This document shows, piece by piece, positions 18,393 through 28,781 of a DNA stretch of 64,000 nucleotides. Numbering within the stretch: the first letter of the stretch is position 1; every line of letters begins with the position of its first letter. A program made the position numbers and the translations under genes. Below the pieces are notes generated by a model that was not told where the DNA came from, did no database searches, and worked only from the letters and a program-made list of their open reading frames with translations. This DNA comes from a virus (taxonomy: Duplodnaviria > Caudoviricetes): positions 32,001 through 96,000 of IMG/VR virus record IMGVR_UViG_2974692648_000001; one strand, written 5' to 3'.

Positions 18393-18445
18393 TAAGGTAG
18401 GTGTTCTCACCTACCTTATCTTAGGATGTTTACGAATGTTCTAAG
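18393..18445 (+). other. Two adjacent intergenic hairpins (terminator or processing site)
   Basis: TAAGGTAGGTG-TTCT-CACCTACCTTA and TCTTAGGATGTT-TACG-AATGTTCTAAGA. Confidence 0.55.
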
Positions 18446-18490
18446 ATAAGGTCAGACGTGATCTTAGTAAACTTCATGAAGGAAACTATA

Positions 18491-19759
18491 ATGAACACAC
18501 GTTTTAAATTAGCAGCTCTGGCTGGACTAGAATCCATGTCTGCTGAGGAGATGACCACTGATCTCCAAAACCACATCATTGAAAACGTCTTTACTGGTGA
18601 CTCTGAATTAACTCCAGATGAAGCAGTCGTTGGACAAAAAATTAATCAAGCATTAGCTGAAGCAACCAGTGATGTTGAAGAGTCTTCTAAACTCGCTGAA
18701 ACTTACATCGAGCAAGAAGAAAAGCAAGAACAAGCGTTAACCGACCTAGGTGAAGCTGTGGCGGGTGTTGAAGCTTTATTCGAAGGTGAGTTCTCTCAAA
18801 CTGCTTATAACCACCTCATGCGTCATGCAGAGCGTTGTGCAAAACGTGCGGGCGTTGAGTTGCCGGTTAAGCTCGATGGTATGGAATCGATGACTACAGC
18901 GTCGATCTACCTCGAGACTCGTAATGGTCTAGAAGGTTTCATGGATTCTGTGAAAGAAGCCAGTACCAAAGCCAAGGATGTGGTTATCTCTGTCTTCCGT
19001 TACCTGATGGAGTTGGTAACAGGTTGGATTGGTCAGTTCAGTAGCCTGTCAGAAAAAATCAAACACGCTATCGTTAAAGCTGATAAAGCAACTGATCTTA
19101 AAGATGAGATTAAGTTGGGTAAATGGGACCGTTGGTTAGACGTTGCTAACAAACCGGTTTTTGATACGGTGTCGTTATTCCGTCTGTTGGGTGTGGCATT
19201 AAATGTTGCACCTGTCTCACTTGTTGATGTTGTAATGGAACAAGACCCTAACGCTAAAACCATCGACCTAGGCAGTGTTAAAGCGTTAACTGAGGCAATC
19301 ACTCAATTACCTATGAAGAAGCTTAGTCCTGATGCATCTAAACAGATCGAATCTTACCAGTTTGATATTGCTAACGTCAAAGTGACTTACACAGTCCCTC
19401 ATGCTCAGAATGAATCGTTAGATGTCTTCAAAGCCTTTGGTATGTACTCTGAACAAAATGCCGACGGTAAAGAAACTACGACTAAAGCGATTTACAAAGA
19501 TCCTCGTAATTTGGTCACCGAATTACGCTCCCTTCTTAAGTTTGTTGAAAACACCAAAAACAATTTCGAGAAAATGCATTCCGGCCTACGCAGTGAACGT
19601 GACCGTTTAATCGGTGTCATTAACTCGGGCACAGGTGGTATGAACAAAACTAAGTTAACGAGTGCACTTTCTACGAAGCGTAAAATCATCACTCATACAG
19701 AGCGTTTAATTTTCAATTTAGTTGAAGCTAAGTGTGATTTATTGAAAGCGCATATCTAA
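18491..19759 (+). CDS. Internal head protein, paralog 3
   Basis: AAGGA RBS; AGLE, AGVE, DGME, NGLE-GF; ends LLKAHI. Confidence 0.85.
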   Translation: MNTRFKLAALAGLESMSAEEMTTDLQNHIIENVFTGDSELTPDEAVVGQKINQALAEATSDVEESSKLAETYIEQEEKQEQALTDLGEAVAGVEALFEGEFSQTAYNHLMRHAERCAKRAGVELPVKLDGMESMTTASIYLETRNGLEGFMDSVKEASTKAKDVVISVFRYLMELVTGWIGQFSSLSEKIKHAIVKADKATDLKDEIKLGKWDRWLDVANKPVFDTVSLFRLLGVALNVAPVSLVDVVMEQDPNAKTIDLGSVKALTEAITQLPMKKLSPDASKQIESYQFDIANVKVTYTVPHAQNESLDVFKAFGMYSEQNADGKETTTKAIYKDPRNLVTELRSLLKFVENTKNNFEKMHSGLRSERDRLIGVINSGTGGMNKTKLTSALSTKRKIITHTERLIFNLVEAKCDLLKAHI

Positions 19760-19806
19760 GTATTGTATGTGAGCTCGTCTCTTCTAACGTGGTATTGCCG
19801 TAATTA

Positions 19807-19927
19807 TATGTAGAATACTATAGTACTGTAGTGCTACACCTTTCGGGATTGCATGCTGCGGTCCCGTTTAGAAAATTTAATTAAATCTTCTAGTCAAAAC
19901 GACTAAATATATTAAAGGAACATTGTT
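19807..19927 (+). promoter_or_regulatory. Putative late TATG promoter and structured 5' leader
   Basis: TATG at 19807-19810 followed by four consecutive stem-loops before the AAGGA RBS. Confidence 0.55.
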
Positions 19928-21166
19928 ATGTCTCACATTCGTAATATGCTTATGTCTCAAGTAGCTGGCATGGAATCTCTTAGCGCAGCTGACGCGTCAC
20001 AGGTTGAAGAAATCGCTGAAAAGACAGCAGAAGAAGTTGCTGAACTGGTCGCGGACAAAGCAGCGGAAGAAGTAAAAGAAGAAGTCAACGATCTAGCTGA
20101 CGAAGTTGAAGAAGTGTCTGAAGCGGTTGAAGAAATCGAAGAAGACGTTGAAGAACTAGAAGAGTGCGTTGAAGGTCTTGAATCTCTACTTCAAGCTGGT
20201 GCTTACAACGCAGCAGCGTTCGGTATCCTTTACCACCGTGCTGAAAAGCTTCACACTAAACTTGGTGGCGCAGACACTGGTGCGGTAGTTGGTGCTGAAG
20301 CTCTAGGCGATGCAACGTCAGCAGGTCTTGCAGCTCGTTCAGGTCTTGAAGGCTTCGCAGAAACAATGAAGCAATACAAAGACTCAGCAGTTAAGTTCAT
20401 CATGAGTATGTACGAAGCAGCTAAGAACTTTGTTAAAGGTCTACTCGACAAATCTGTAGCGATCAACAACCAAGTTAAAGCGACTCGTGCTCGTCTACAG
20501 AAAGCAGACGAACTGAAGAAAGACGTGAAACCTGGCAAGTGGGCTTCTCTAGCTAAGATTCACGATACTTCTAAGATCGAACGCCTAATCACTTCAGCTG
20601 ACGCAGTAGTGAGTGCGGCTCAGAAACTGTCTACTAACGACGTTGCTGGCTACGCTTCAGCTTACGGTAACCTTAAGTCAGCAGTTGAAGGTCTAGCTTC
20701 TACAGGCGATTCTACTAAAGCTAAATCTGGTGACAAAGAAACTCACCAAATCAAAGTTGGCGCAGTGATGATTACTGCTAGCGTTTACACTGGCGATATC
20801 AAAGAACAAGCTGACGTATCTAAAGCAGCTAAAGCTACATCACTAAGCTTCTCTGCTGATAAATCTGGTGACGTTAAGTTTGAAGCTCTAGACAAGTCTA
20901 AAGCAGGCAACTACCTAACTGATGCTGAGAAAGCGGCTAAACGTCTATCAGAACTTAAAGAATCTAAGTCTGGTAACGAGAAAGGTCGTGACGAGCTAGT
21001 TGCGGCTATTAAGAAACTTGACGGTAAAGAAGAAGAGTGGGTGAAACCTGCGATCTCTGCTGTTAAAGCTTCTACAGCGATGACTAACAAGATCTTCACA
21101 GTTGGTGCTCGCATCCTAGGTAACGTAGCTGACGCTAAACTAGCAGCAGTTAAAGCTTACCTATAA
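19928..21166 (+). CDS. Internal head protein, paralog 4 (likely very abundant)
   Basis: AGME, EGLE, VGAE, SGLE-GF; ends KLAAVKAYL; strong codon bias similar to the capsid gene. Confidence 0.85.
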   Translation: MSHIRNMLMSQVAGMESLSAADASQVEEIAEKTAEEVAELVADKAAEEVKEEVNDLADEVEEVSEAVEEIEEDVEELEECVEGLESLLQAGAYNAAAFGILYHRAEKLHTKLGGADTGAVVGAEALGDATSAGLAARSGLEGFAETMKQYKDSAVKFIMSMYEAAKNFVKGLLDKSVAINNQVKATRARLQKADELKKDVKPGKWASLAKIHDTSKIERLITSADAVVSAAQKLSTNDVAGYASAYGNLKSAVEGLASTGDSTKAKSGDKETHQIKVGAVMITASVYTGDIKEQADVSKAAKATSLSFSADKSGDVKFEALDKSKAGNYLTDAEKAAKRLSELKESKSGNEKGRDELVAAIKKLDGKEEEWVKPAISAVKASTAMTNKIFTVGARILGNVADAKLAAVKAYL

Positions 21167-21194
21167 TCCAACTCCCGAGTGGGTTAGATACTGA

Positions 21195-21226
21195 TAATCG
21201 GGGAGGGCTTAGGCTCTCCCCGATTA
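21195..21226 (+). terminator. Terminator-like hairpin
   Basis: TAATCGGGGAGGGC-TTAG-GCTCTCCCCGATTA. Confidence 0.7.
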
Positions 21227-21259
21227 CTTCACGTTCCCCTTAATTTAGAGGTTAACATA

Positions 21260-22354
21260 ATGAACAAAACCAGTGAAGCTCCAGCCCAGTTATCCACAGT
21301 CAAATCTAAATATGATGAGACCAAGAGTGGTACGGATGCAGCTTTAAGGGAAGCGGACAAACCGTTGGATCCTAAAGACCAAGGTACTTTAGAACCAGAT
21401 CTTCCAGTAAGTGGGGAGGACCTAGAGAAAAGTCTAAACAAAGTAAAGGCTTTTCATACTTTATCTGGCATGAATAGTTTCGAACTTCCTATGGAAGGTC
21501 TAGAGAACTTCATGGATTCTGTAAAGGCTGGTGTCCAGTGGTTACTTCGTAAAGCCATGGATATATTTAACTGGATTGCAGACTACGTCTTTAACCGAGT
21601 AACTACGCTCCGACGTCGAATCACCAGAATGAAGTATTCCTTCAATGACAACGGAATTAAACTGAAGGACTGTCGTTACCCACGCAGTGTGGTGAGACTC
21701 GCCACGAGACCTAATATTCCAAGTTCTCCGGATTTCGCAGTTAAGTCAGTAGAAGCGGCACAGAAGTTTTATAACTCTATGATGTCTCAACAGACTCAAA
21801 TTGCCAGCTTAACCCGTGCTTTCCCATCGGACGTTACTCGAGCCCAGCTGTTAAACTTCTCTGATTCTTTAGTGACCAGTTACGTGTCAGGCATGGGTGG
21901 TAAGCGTGTAAAGGATAATGTTTACGAAATTGCTTTCCCATCAGGTTTCCAAACTATGAAAGCAGTGAGTAATCCTGCTCGCGGGTTTAATGGATTTACT
22001 TTAACGGAATACTTCCAAACTAAAGTCAATCCAATCATTCCGGAATCGTTTGTTCCTAGTGCGGATACCGTGCAGCGACTCATCCTCAAAATGGATGTGT
22101 GTTTAATGGACGTTGAGAAAGCACATAAGTCACAGCGAAGCTTTGCTAATAACTTTAAACGTTCTATCCAGCCTTTGGCGGACGGCGTAAAGTTATACCC
22201 AGAGAAGTCTAAGGAAGAAATTCTGAAGTACTATCGTTGGTTAGTGAACTATCAACACAAGTCAGTCACTATTCCGCTGAACTATTATCTGAGTGTACTA
22301 TCAGCGGCTGTGGATTTGGTAGGTTCACAGATCCACCCTGCTACTAACAAATAA
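21260..22354 (+). CDS. Head protein, divergent member of the internal-head family
   Basis: EGLE-NFMDSVKAG junction matches GLE-GFMDSVKEA of paralog 3. Confidence 0.75.
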   Translation: MNKTSEAPAQLSTVKSKYDETKSGTDAALREADKPLDPKDQGTLEPDLPVSGEDLEKSLNKVKAFHTLSGMNSFELPMEGLENFMDSVKAGVQWLLRKAMDIFNWIADYVFNRVTTLRRRITRMKYSFNDNGIKLKDCRYPRSVVRLATRPNIPSSPDFAVKSVEAAQKFYNSMMSQQTQIASLTRAFPSDVTRAQLLNFSDSLVTSYVSGMGGKRVKDNVYEIAFPSGFQTMKAVSNPARGFNGFTLTEYFQTKVNPIIPESFVPSADTVQRLILKMDVCLMDVEKAHKSQRSFANNFKRSIQPLADGVKLYPEKSKEEILKYYRWLVNYQHKSVTIPLNYYLSVLSAAVDLVGSQIHPATNK

Positions 22355-22364
22355 GGGATAAGTA

Positions 22365-23783
22365 ATGATTACTCCTTTGAAACACATGTTGTTCCTAGTC
22401 CGTGCTTACCGAGTTGTGGAAAAGGACTCAATGATTAAAGATCACCGTGACGTGATCATGCTGGAAAAGGTTGCTAAAGACCTTGGCATCGATAAAGATG
22501 TCGTTTCTGCTTTCACCATCAATGAACCTTGGGGATTGCTCGGTGCCATTCGTCAGGAACTAATCCAAAAAGTTCATGAACTACACGCTTTCATGGATGG
22601 GGTGGACACTCTGGTCCCTGAGAAGTTCGAAGCTCTGTTGAACGACTTCAACTATCACGACATGCGTGACTACTGCCCAGATGCTAAGTTTGATCACGCA
22701 GGTTTCTTACATCGCATTACTCCAAAGGAACCAAGTGATAACTTGGTGGACTCAGGGATGATGAAACTCCACCTTGCTAACTTCCAGATCAACTTGGAAG
22801 TATTGGAAGAGGAGATCAGCAAAGAGTACTCTAAAGACTTTGATTTGATCGAACGCTGTACTCGTGAGATGATGTTTGTATTTGCCATCTTTGAACACGT
22901 TCAAAGTAAAGGGTTGGATTTATTCTTAGAAGACAAAACGCCTGAAGACATCTGGTACAAAAAGTTCCGCGATGGCGTTAGCGCGATGGACCAAGTCCTT
23001 GACAGTGATCTGTTGGAGTCTCCTGAGTCGATGACTAAAGAACAGCGTGAATCTGTGGATAAAAACATGGAGACGTTGGAAGTGGACGGCATGGAAGGTT
23101 TCTGGAAGGAACTGGATCAATCTCAATCACTTCTCTTACTTAAGTTAACTGGCAATGAAGACTTTAAAGAAGACGTAAAACGCATGGCAGGTAAAGCGGC
23201 AGAAATGTTAACCGCTGCTATGAAGTCTTTGAAGGCTCGTTTTGAAGAACGTAAGAAAGAAGGTTCTAAGGAAGCTGAGACCGTCAAGAAAGCTATCGAT
23301 GAATCTATTGATAAGCTAAAAGGTATGGCGGGTGAACCTGATTCAGGTCATGTTAAGCAATTGCAACAACGTTTAGAGAAAGCTGGGTTTAAAGACCAAG
23401 CAAGTAAACTGAACGGTGTTACGACTTACACTCAGTTGAGTCAAGCATTGTCTACCATCTCAGGTGAATTCGGTTCCATGATTTCAGAGATGAAAGAAGC
23501 GGAAGCCAAACTGCGTGAAGCAGAAGCAAAAGTTAAAGAAGCTTCTACTCCTCCAGCCGGTACAAGTGACGATGCCGATGAGAACACTAAGGGTCAAATT
23601 AAGACTCAAATGTCCGAAGCTCAGAAAACCGCTAAAGAGCTAATGAAAGCAGCGTCTGACTCGATCGGTGAATCCATGAAGTCGATGGCAATGCTACGTG
23701 GGATCAAAGCAACACTTGATCGTGTTACCGAATCCAACAAAGAAAAAGAAAAAGTCGACGGTCAAGAATCGTGGATGCTCTAA
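22365..23783 (+). CDS. Head/inner-body protein (phiKZ gp97-like)
   Basis: 472 aa, central DGME-GF and TGNE-DF sites, coiled-coil C-terminal half. Confidence 0.7.
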   Translation: MITPLKHMLFLVRAYRVVEKDSMIKDHRDVIMLEKVAKDLGIDKDVVSAFTINEPWGLLGAIRQELIQKVHELHAFMDGVDTLVPEKFEALLNDFNYHDMRDYCPDAKFDHAGFLHRITPKEPSDNLVDSGMMKLHLANFQINLEVLEEEISKEYSKDFDLIERCTREMMFVFAIFEHVQSKGLDLFLEDKTPEDIWYKKFRDGVSAMDQVLDSDLLESPESMTKEQRESVDKNMETLEVDGMEGFWKELDQSQSLLLLKLTGNEDFKEDVKRMAGKAAEMLTAAMKSLKARFEERKKEGSKEAETVKKAIDESIDKLKGMAGEPDSGHVKQLQQRLEKAGFKDQASKLNGVTTYTQLSQALSTISGEFGSMISEMKEAEAKLREAEAKVKEASTPPAGTSDDADENTKGQIKTQMSEAQKTAKELMKAASDSIGESMKSMAMLRGIKATLDRVTESNKEKEKVDGQESWML

Positions 23784-23790
23784 ACTGAAC

Positions 23791-23820
23791 GGGTGGGTCC
23801 TTCGGGATCCACCTCTTTAT
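23791..23820 (+). terminator. Intrinsic terminator with UUCG loop
   Basis: GGGTGGGTCC-TTCG-GGATCCACCT then CTTTAT. Confidence 0.75.
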
Positions 23821-23854
23821 TCGATTTTATGATTATTCACTGAAGGGGGAGTTT

Positions 23855-25453
23855 ATGCTCACTGCTCTTTTTGATGCAGGTGAGACGTATCGTAATGCGA
23901 CACGTCCCGCTATTCTCGACAGCATCTACTCTGTATTGGAGTACTACCAAGTTCGAGAAAAAGACCTGACGGTGTACCTGAATGGCGAAGCACAAGACGC
24001 TCGACCTATGTACTCCAGCCCGGAAGACGGACCAAGGTCAGGTCAGTACACTGATTTCATATTTCGTAATAAACTGTTTGCCGTAGCAGAAGTGGTCACC
24101 ACGGAGTTCAACTCAGGTTACGGTAACATGGGGAGACAACTAAACAACTTCCCGTTATGGTACAATTCTTTTGTTCGTACTAATATGGTTCCTATCTTTG
24201 AGGGTCGTAAAGTGAACGTCGATTGTAACGTTCATTTCAATACCCGACAACAAGCTAAGAACTTCCGCAACCGACTTCAACGTATCTACGACTTACAAGG
24301 AGCACAACCTTGGTTCCGTGCTCATATTCATTACCCTGTCCCTTACGAGTTCATGTTACTAACCAGTCACTTGAAACAACTTAGTGAAGCGGCAGGACTT
24401 AGTTCTACAGAAGAAGAGTACCCAGATTGGTTTATTCGTCACTGTACAGCACCCACAAGCATTTTAACTAACGCAGCGGGCGAACATCCTATCTTTGGGA
24501 TTAAACGTCGTATAGAGAACTCTGAGTTGATATTAGAAGAGCCTACGATTGCATTGGTACAACGTAACCAAGAAGTCTTAGGTAAATACGAAGTCAGCTT
24601 CCGCTACTCTTTCTATTGGCAAGAACTCACTAACTGGAAGGTCACTTATCCATTGATGGTTAATCAGCTTCCGATTAGTTCGGACTTCGTTAATTCCCCA
24701 TTAGTTGAACCAGGGAATCCGCACAGTCCATTTAAGTTCTTTGAATTGCAGGCTGGTGATTCTATCAAAGGCTTTGACGGGACTAAGCATTACTACCATG
24801 CTCGCTATCCGTTGTATGACCCTTGGTTCCCACCACCGAACTATGATCGTGTAGAACCTAAGGTTATCGTTAACTTTACAGTTAAGAATGAAACAGACAA
24901 GCAGTTCTTGTTCAACATCAAAGAAATCCCAGGCATGCAATGGAATCCCATCATTCTCCAGTTTATCCTGAAGTACCATGATTTGATTACCGTTAGAAAC
25001 AATCTAGTCCTTTGGATACAGCTTTATTCTGATGACCTCCCAGTACTACAGGAAGACATCGAACTGGATGAAGAAGGTAACCTGTTTTTATTGAGAGATC
25101 CGGTAATAGAGAACAACTACCGCTTTGTACTGAACATCGATGGTATGTTAGGTCTACTTACTGATCAAGGTAAACGTCTCATTATCGAAGATGACAACTA
25201 CCGCCTCAAAGTACTTCCTGAAGTGTTCCCTTGGTGGAACTGGAACACGCTTAAAGAAGTAGAAGAAGCAGGACCGTGGGGATCGACCGGAACACCCGTC
25301 CCCGGGTGGGAGACAGGTGGTAAGGATTATTACGACGATCACGTTGTGGTGACCTTGGAAGAATTGGAAAAGGCAATCGATATGATCGCGGCTTTACCAG
25401 AGTTCCCTGACACTCCTTCATTCATGCTAGACATGTCCTTAGTAGTGAGGTGA
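23855..25453 (+). CDS. Virion structural protein (phiKZ gp98-like)
   Basis: 532 aa, GGGGAG RBS, TATG at 23828; synteny. Confidence 0.7.
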   Translation: MLTALFDAGETYRNATRPAILDSIYSVLEYYQVREKDLTVYLNGEAQDARPMYSSPEDGPRSGQYTDFIFRNKLFAVAEVVTTEFNSGYGNMGRQLNNFPLWYNSFVRTNMVPIFEGRKVNVDCNVHFNTRQQAKNFRNRLQRIYDLQGAQPWFRAHIHYPVPYEFMLLTSHLKQLSEAAGLSSTEEEYPDWFIRHCTAPTSILTNAAGEHPIFGIKRRIENSELILEEPTIALVQRNQEVLGKYEVSFRYSFYWQELTNWKVTYPLMVNQLPISSDFVNSPLVEPGNPHSPFKFFELQAGDSIKGFDGTKHYYHARYPLYDPWFPPPNYDRVEPKVIVNFTVKNETDKQFLFNIKEIPGMQWNPIILQFILKYHDLITVRNNLVLWIQLYSDDLPVLQEDIELDEEGNLFLLRDPVIENNYRFVLNIDGMLGLLTDQGKRLIIEDDNYRLKVLPEVFPWWNWNTLKEVEEAGPWGSTGTPVPGWETGGKDYYDDHVVVTLEELEKAIDMIAALPEFPDTPSFMLDMSLVVR

Positions 25454-25457
25454 CAAA

Positions 25458-26747
25458 ATGTCTTTTTTAGAACAAGCTCCGGGAATCAATGATAAACCGG
25501 ATTTAAATAAACCTACGGTATATGCTAAAGAGTACCGTCACTCTATTGTGGACTCTGAGTACATTCCACACACGAGTTTGTTACACAACGTTAGTGGTCA
25601 ACCTATTCGTTGCGATTACTACCGTCAGTACTTAGGGCAAGACGAAGAAGTCGTCGGTTTACAGTTAAACGATATCGTAACGTATCAGTCGTACACCGAG
25701 ATCAAGAGTCTGGTCTACAAGCGAGATGGTGACCCTTCTCGTAACTGGAATGAGGAACGCTACGAAGTTAACCAAACTTGGGTAGGGTATTTTGTCTTTG
25801 ACCTACAGCCTTTGAAAGCGGACATCTTTGTTCAAGATATAGGTGATGGACGCGCAGGTTTAATCCAGCTCACTAAAACTCCAGAGCCTATGTCGATTGC
25901 CAAAGACAAAGTTTACATGTGTGAGTGCACTTTGTTGGCGGAGATGAATGAAACGATCGAAGCGAACATTCGCAGTAAGGTGGTGGAAACTTCATGGTTC
26001 TCGGCAGAATCAGCACTTAAGGGTGGTCAAGCGATCATCACTGAGGAAAACCGTCAGCTAAACCAAAAACTAGATCGTTGGGCTTACATGATCTCACAAC
26101 ACCTGTTGACGAATCATTACTGGAACCCAGAACGTACAATCGCTATTGTGGAAGATGATAAGTTGTATTATTACGACGCCTTCTTGGTCCGTTACTTACA
26201 ACGTGTTATCCCCCACAAATACATCCCGGGTGCGTCTCCGATCGAATCGCTTAACTTTAAGGTGGGTCGTAATTTCAATTACGATAAAGAGCTCACCATT
26301 TGGGATTGTTTCATTCAAGGTTCGTTTGACTTCTTACCAATGGTGAGTAAAGAACTCTATAAGTATAACCGGACTTCGATGATGTCGTCCCGAGGCTATA
26401 CTGGTTTCCTTGCCACCAAGTTTGACTACATCTTGCTCCCTAGTAAACTGGAGTTCAATGAACTCAACTCTCTTTACATTTCAAGAGACAACGGGTTTGC
26501 TCCTCGCCCTCCTATGGAAGAAGGTGTCAAGGTCCCTAACTATTTCTCCGAAGAGTTTTACAACGGGGGATACAAAGGTGAGTTTGAGCAATGGTGTAAG
26601 GAGTTCTTTGGTGATCGCACGGTCGATCGAGAGAAGATTTTAAAATTCTGTGAAGCGTATAACACGTGGTCGCCGAAAGATCAAATCTACCGAGCAGGTA
26701 TATTGGTCTCAGCGATCATGACATCTAAACGCGTATTTGGAGGTTAA
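25458..26747 (+). CDS. Virion structural protein (phiKZ gp99-like)
   Basis: 429 aa, GAGGTG RBS; synteny. Confidence 0.7.
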   Translation: MSFLEQAPGINDKPDLNKPTVYAKEYRHSIVDSEYIPHTSLLHNVSGQPIRCDYYRQYLGQDEEVVGLQLNDIVTYQSYTEIKSLVYKRDGDPSRNWNEERYEVNQTWVGYFVFDLQPLKADIFVQDIGDGRAGLIQLTKTPEPMSIAKDKVYMCECTLLAEMNETIEANIRSKVVETSWFSAESALKGGQAIITEENRQLNQKLDRWAYMISQHLLTNHYWNPERTIAIVEDDKLYYYDAFLVRYLQRVIPHKYIPGASPIESLNFKVGRNFNYDKELTIWDCFIQGSFDFLPMVSKELYKYNRTSMMSSRGYTGFLATKFDYILLPSKLEFNELNSLYISRDNGFAPRPPMEEGVKVPNYFSEEFYNGGYKGEFEQWCKEFFGDRTVDREKILKFCEAYNTWSPKDQIYRAGILVSAIMTSKRVFGG

Positions 26748-26748
26748 T

Positions 26749-27441
26749 GTGGACATCGTCCGTTACACTTATGTTCGTAAACGTTTGATTGATTTATGGC
26801 GAGAACTTTCTTATGAAGGATTCCGCATGTTTGTTCCAGCTCAAATGTTCATGACAAAAGATCAAATACAAAACCACGAACACGTCAGCTACCAAGATTC
26901 CTTTGGCTGGGGAGATAGCATTCGTACCCATCAACCGTTCTTGATTACGGTCCCAATGCTTAAGGACTTAATCAAAGGTATTAACAAAGAGTCAAGTATT
27001 GGGTTTTATGACGCGGACGATTCCATAAGACTTTTCACTCACATCACTGAATACTTAGACTTGTGGATGGAAATTGCAAATGACGCCCCTCAATACTACA
27101 TTCCGCATGTGCCGGAGCTTTATGAGTTAGAAGACGTCGCCTTGTGGGTGTTCCACACTTATCGTCCCGTCATGATCCATAGAGCTAATATGAAGCTCGC
27201 TAAGCGCCGTGCAGAAGGGGAAGACCTAACTATGAATCCATTCTTGCTCTTATTGAGAATGGGTGCTTCTGAGTCCGTAGACGAGATTCCAGAAGAAGTT
27301 AGCTTCAGCAGTATACTTGATGATCGCCTCCCTGCTCGATTGAGAGACTACTACACTCAAAGTAAACGTGCGGCAGCTTCAATGGACGTGGAAGAAGAAT
27401 GGCGTATTAACATGGCTGATATCGCCGACCTCATTGCTTAG
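26749..27441 (+). CDS. Conserved hypothetical protein (phiKZ gp100-like)
   Basis: GGAGG RBS favours GTG at 26749 over TTG at 26737. Confidence 0.65.
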   Translation: MDIVRYTYVRKRLIDLWRELSYEGFRMFVPAQMFMTKDQIQNHEHVSYQDSFGWGDSIRTHQPFLITVPMLKDLIKGINKESSIGFYDADDSIRLFTHITEYLDLWMEIANDAPQYYIPHVPELYELEDVALWVFHTYRPVMIHRANMKLAKRRAEGEDLTMNPFLLLLRMGASESVDEIPEEVSFSSILDDRLPARLRDYYTQSKRAAASMDVEEEWRINMADIADLIA

Positions 27442-27449
27442 GAGTTACT

Positions 27450-28781
27450 ATGATACCTTTAGAACTCAGTAACCTCATGGAACAAGCTCAGCTCAACGCA
27501 ACCAAACCTGCTCCGATTGTTTACGAGTTGGAAGGGATGTTTGTGCTTCCGGAAGGTTACGTGAGCATTATTGGTGTGGAGCGCATCACTGGTTTAGCCA
27601 ATTACGTTGGCGCAAGGAGTGACGACATCCGGGTGAGGGTTCGCATTCAACCCGGTGTTTATCAGCGTGAAGTATTGCCCTACAAAGACGATCTACAATT
27701 CGAACTTATTACGACCACTGATGCTGGTTCTGAAGTTCGTTATTATCGTTGCATTCCATTATCGGTGAACGATACGGAATCCTTAGGCAATACGACTAAG
27801 GAAATGGACCTCGGCCTTTACGATGACCAAAACTTTATTAGTCTAGACTTCCAGCTAATGGACTTAGGGTTTTCTAAACTGCGGACCATACCTTACTCCG
27901 ACGTGTTCTTATCAGCAAATGTAAAAGATGTTATCCACTACGCATTAAGTTCTGAAACGATCGACCTTGGGTTAAGCGGTCAAGATAAATTCAAAGGTGT
28001 CTTTATAGAAGAACCTGTGGACAACACGGTAGTCTACCGACAAATCACTTTCCCTCAAGGTAAGACAAACTTAATCAACGTCGTACAGTTCCTGCAAGAA
28101 ACCGACTACGGGGTTTACTCTCGAGGAGTAGGTTCGTACTACGCTAAAGGAGAGTGGCGTGTCTACACGTTATGGGATACTGTAAAATATGACCGCAGTG
28201 ACTATACGTTGGATATTATCCGTGTGCCTGAAGATGTCATGCCGACCATTGAAGCTTCCTACTACCTGAACGACACTAACTTAAGTATCGTTTCCAGTGG
28301 ACGTGGTGAGTTGCGTAACTCTGTCGATATACAACTTCAGAACAAAGGCACTGGTCAACAGATCATCTCGAGTAAAACCGCTAACGGCATGGTAGGTAGT
28401 CACTATGAGAAAGGGCAAGTCTTGCTGACACGTCAAGACTCATTAACTCAATACCGTACCGTAGAGCGTAAGTCTGGAGAAGAGCGCATTAACGTTAATC
28501 CCGTTCCCACCAACAACGTCGCCCGTGAACTGTCTAAGTCTCGAGTGAACAATGGTGAGATTCTCACTATTCCTTGGAAGAACGCGGACCCTCGTTTGGT
28601 GCGCCCTGGTATGCCTTTCCGTTATTACTACTTAACGTCGGAAGGTTTGGTGAAACAACGTACGGGAACCGTCATTGGTATGGCGTTCGATTACGTGCCT
28701 AAAGACGCGTCTCCTCAGTACATGTTTTATTGCAACGTAAACTTAACTCTGTTTATGGGTCTGGAAGAACAATACGTTTAA
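27450..28781 (+). CDS. Virion structural protein, possibly baseplate hub (phiKZ gp101-like)
   Basis: 443 aa, AGGAG RBS, beta-rich; synteny. Confidence 0.65.
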   Translation: MIPLELSNLMEQAQLNATKPAPIVYELEGMFVLPEGYVSIIGVERITGLANYVGARSDDIRVRVRIQPGVYQREVLPYKDDLQFELITTTDAGSEVRYYRCIPLSVNDTESLGNTTKEMDLGLYDDQNFISLDFQLMDLGFSKLRTIPYSDVFLSANVKDVIHYALSSETIDLGLSGQDKFKGVFIEEPVDNTVVYRQITFPQGKTNLINVVQFLQETDYGVYSRGVGSYYAKGEWRVYTLWDTVKYDRSDYTLDIIRVPEDVMPTIEASYYLNDTNLSIVSSGRGELRNSVDIQLQNKGTGQQIISSKTANGMVGSHYEKGQVLLTRQDSLTQYRTVERKSGEERINVNPVPTNNVARELSKSRVNNGEILTIPWKNADPRLVRPGMPFRYYYLTSEGLVKQRTGTVIGMAFDYVPKDASPQYMFYCNVNLTLFMGLEEQYV

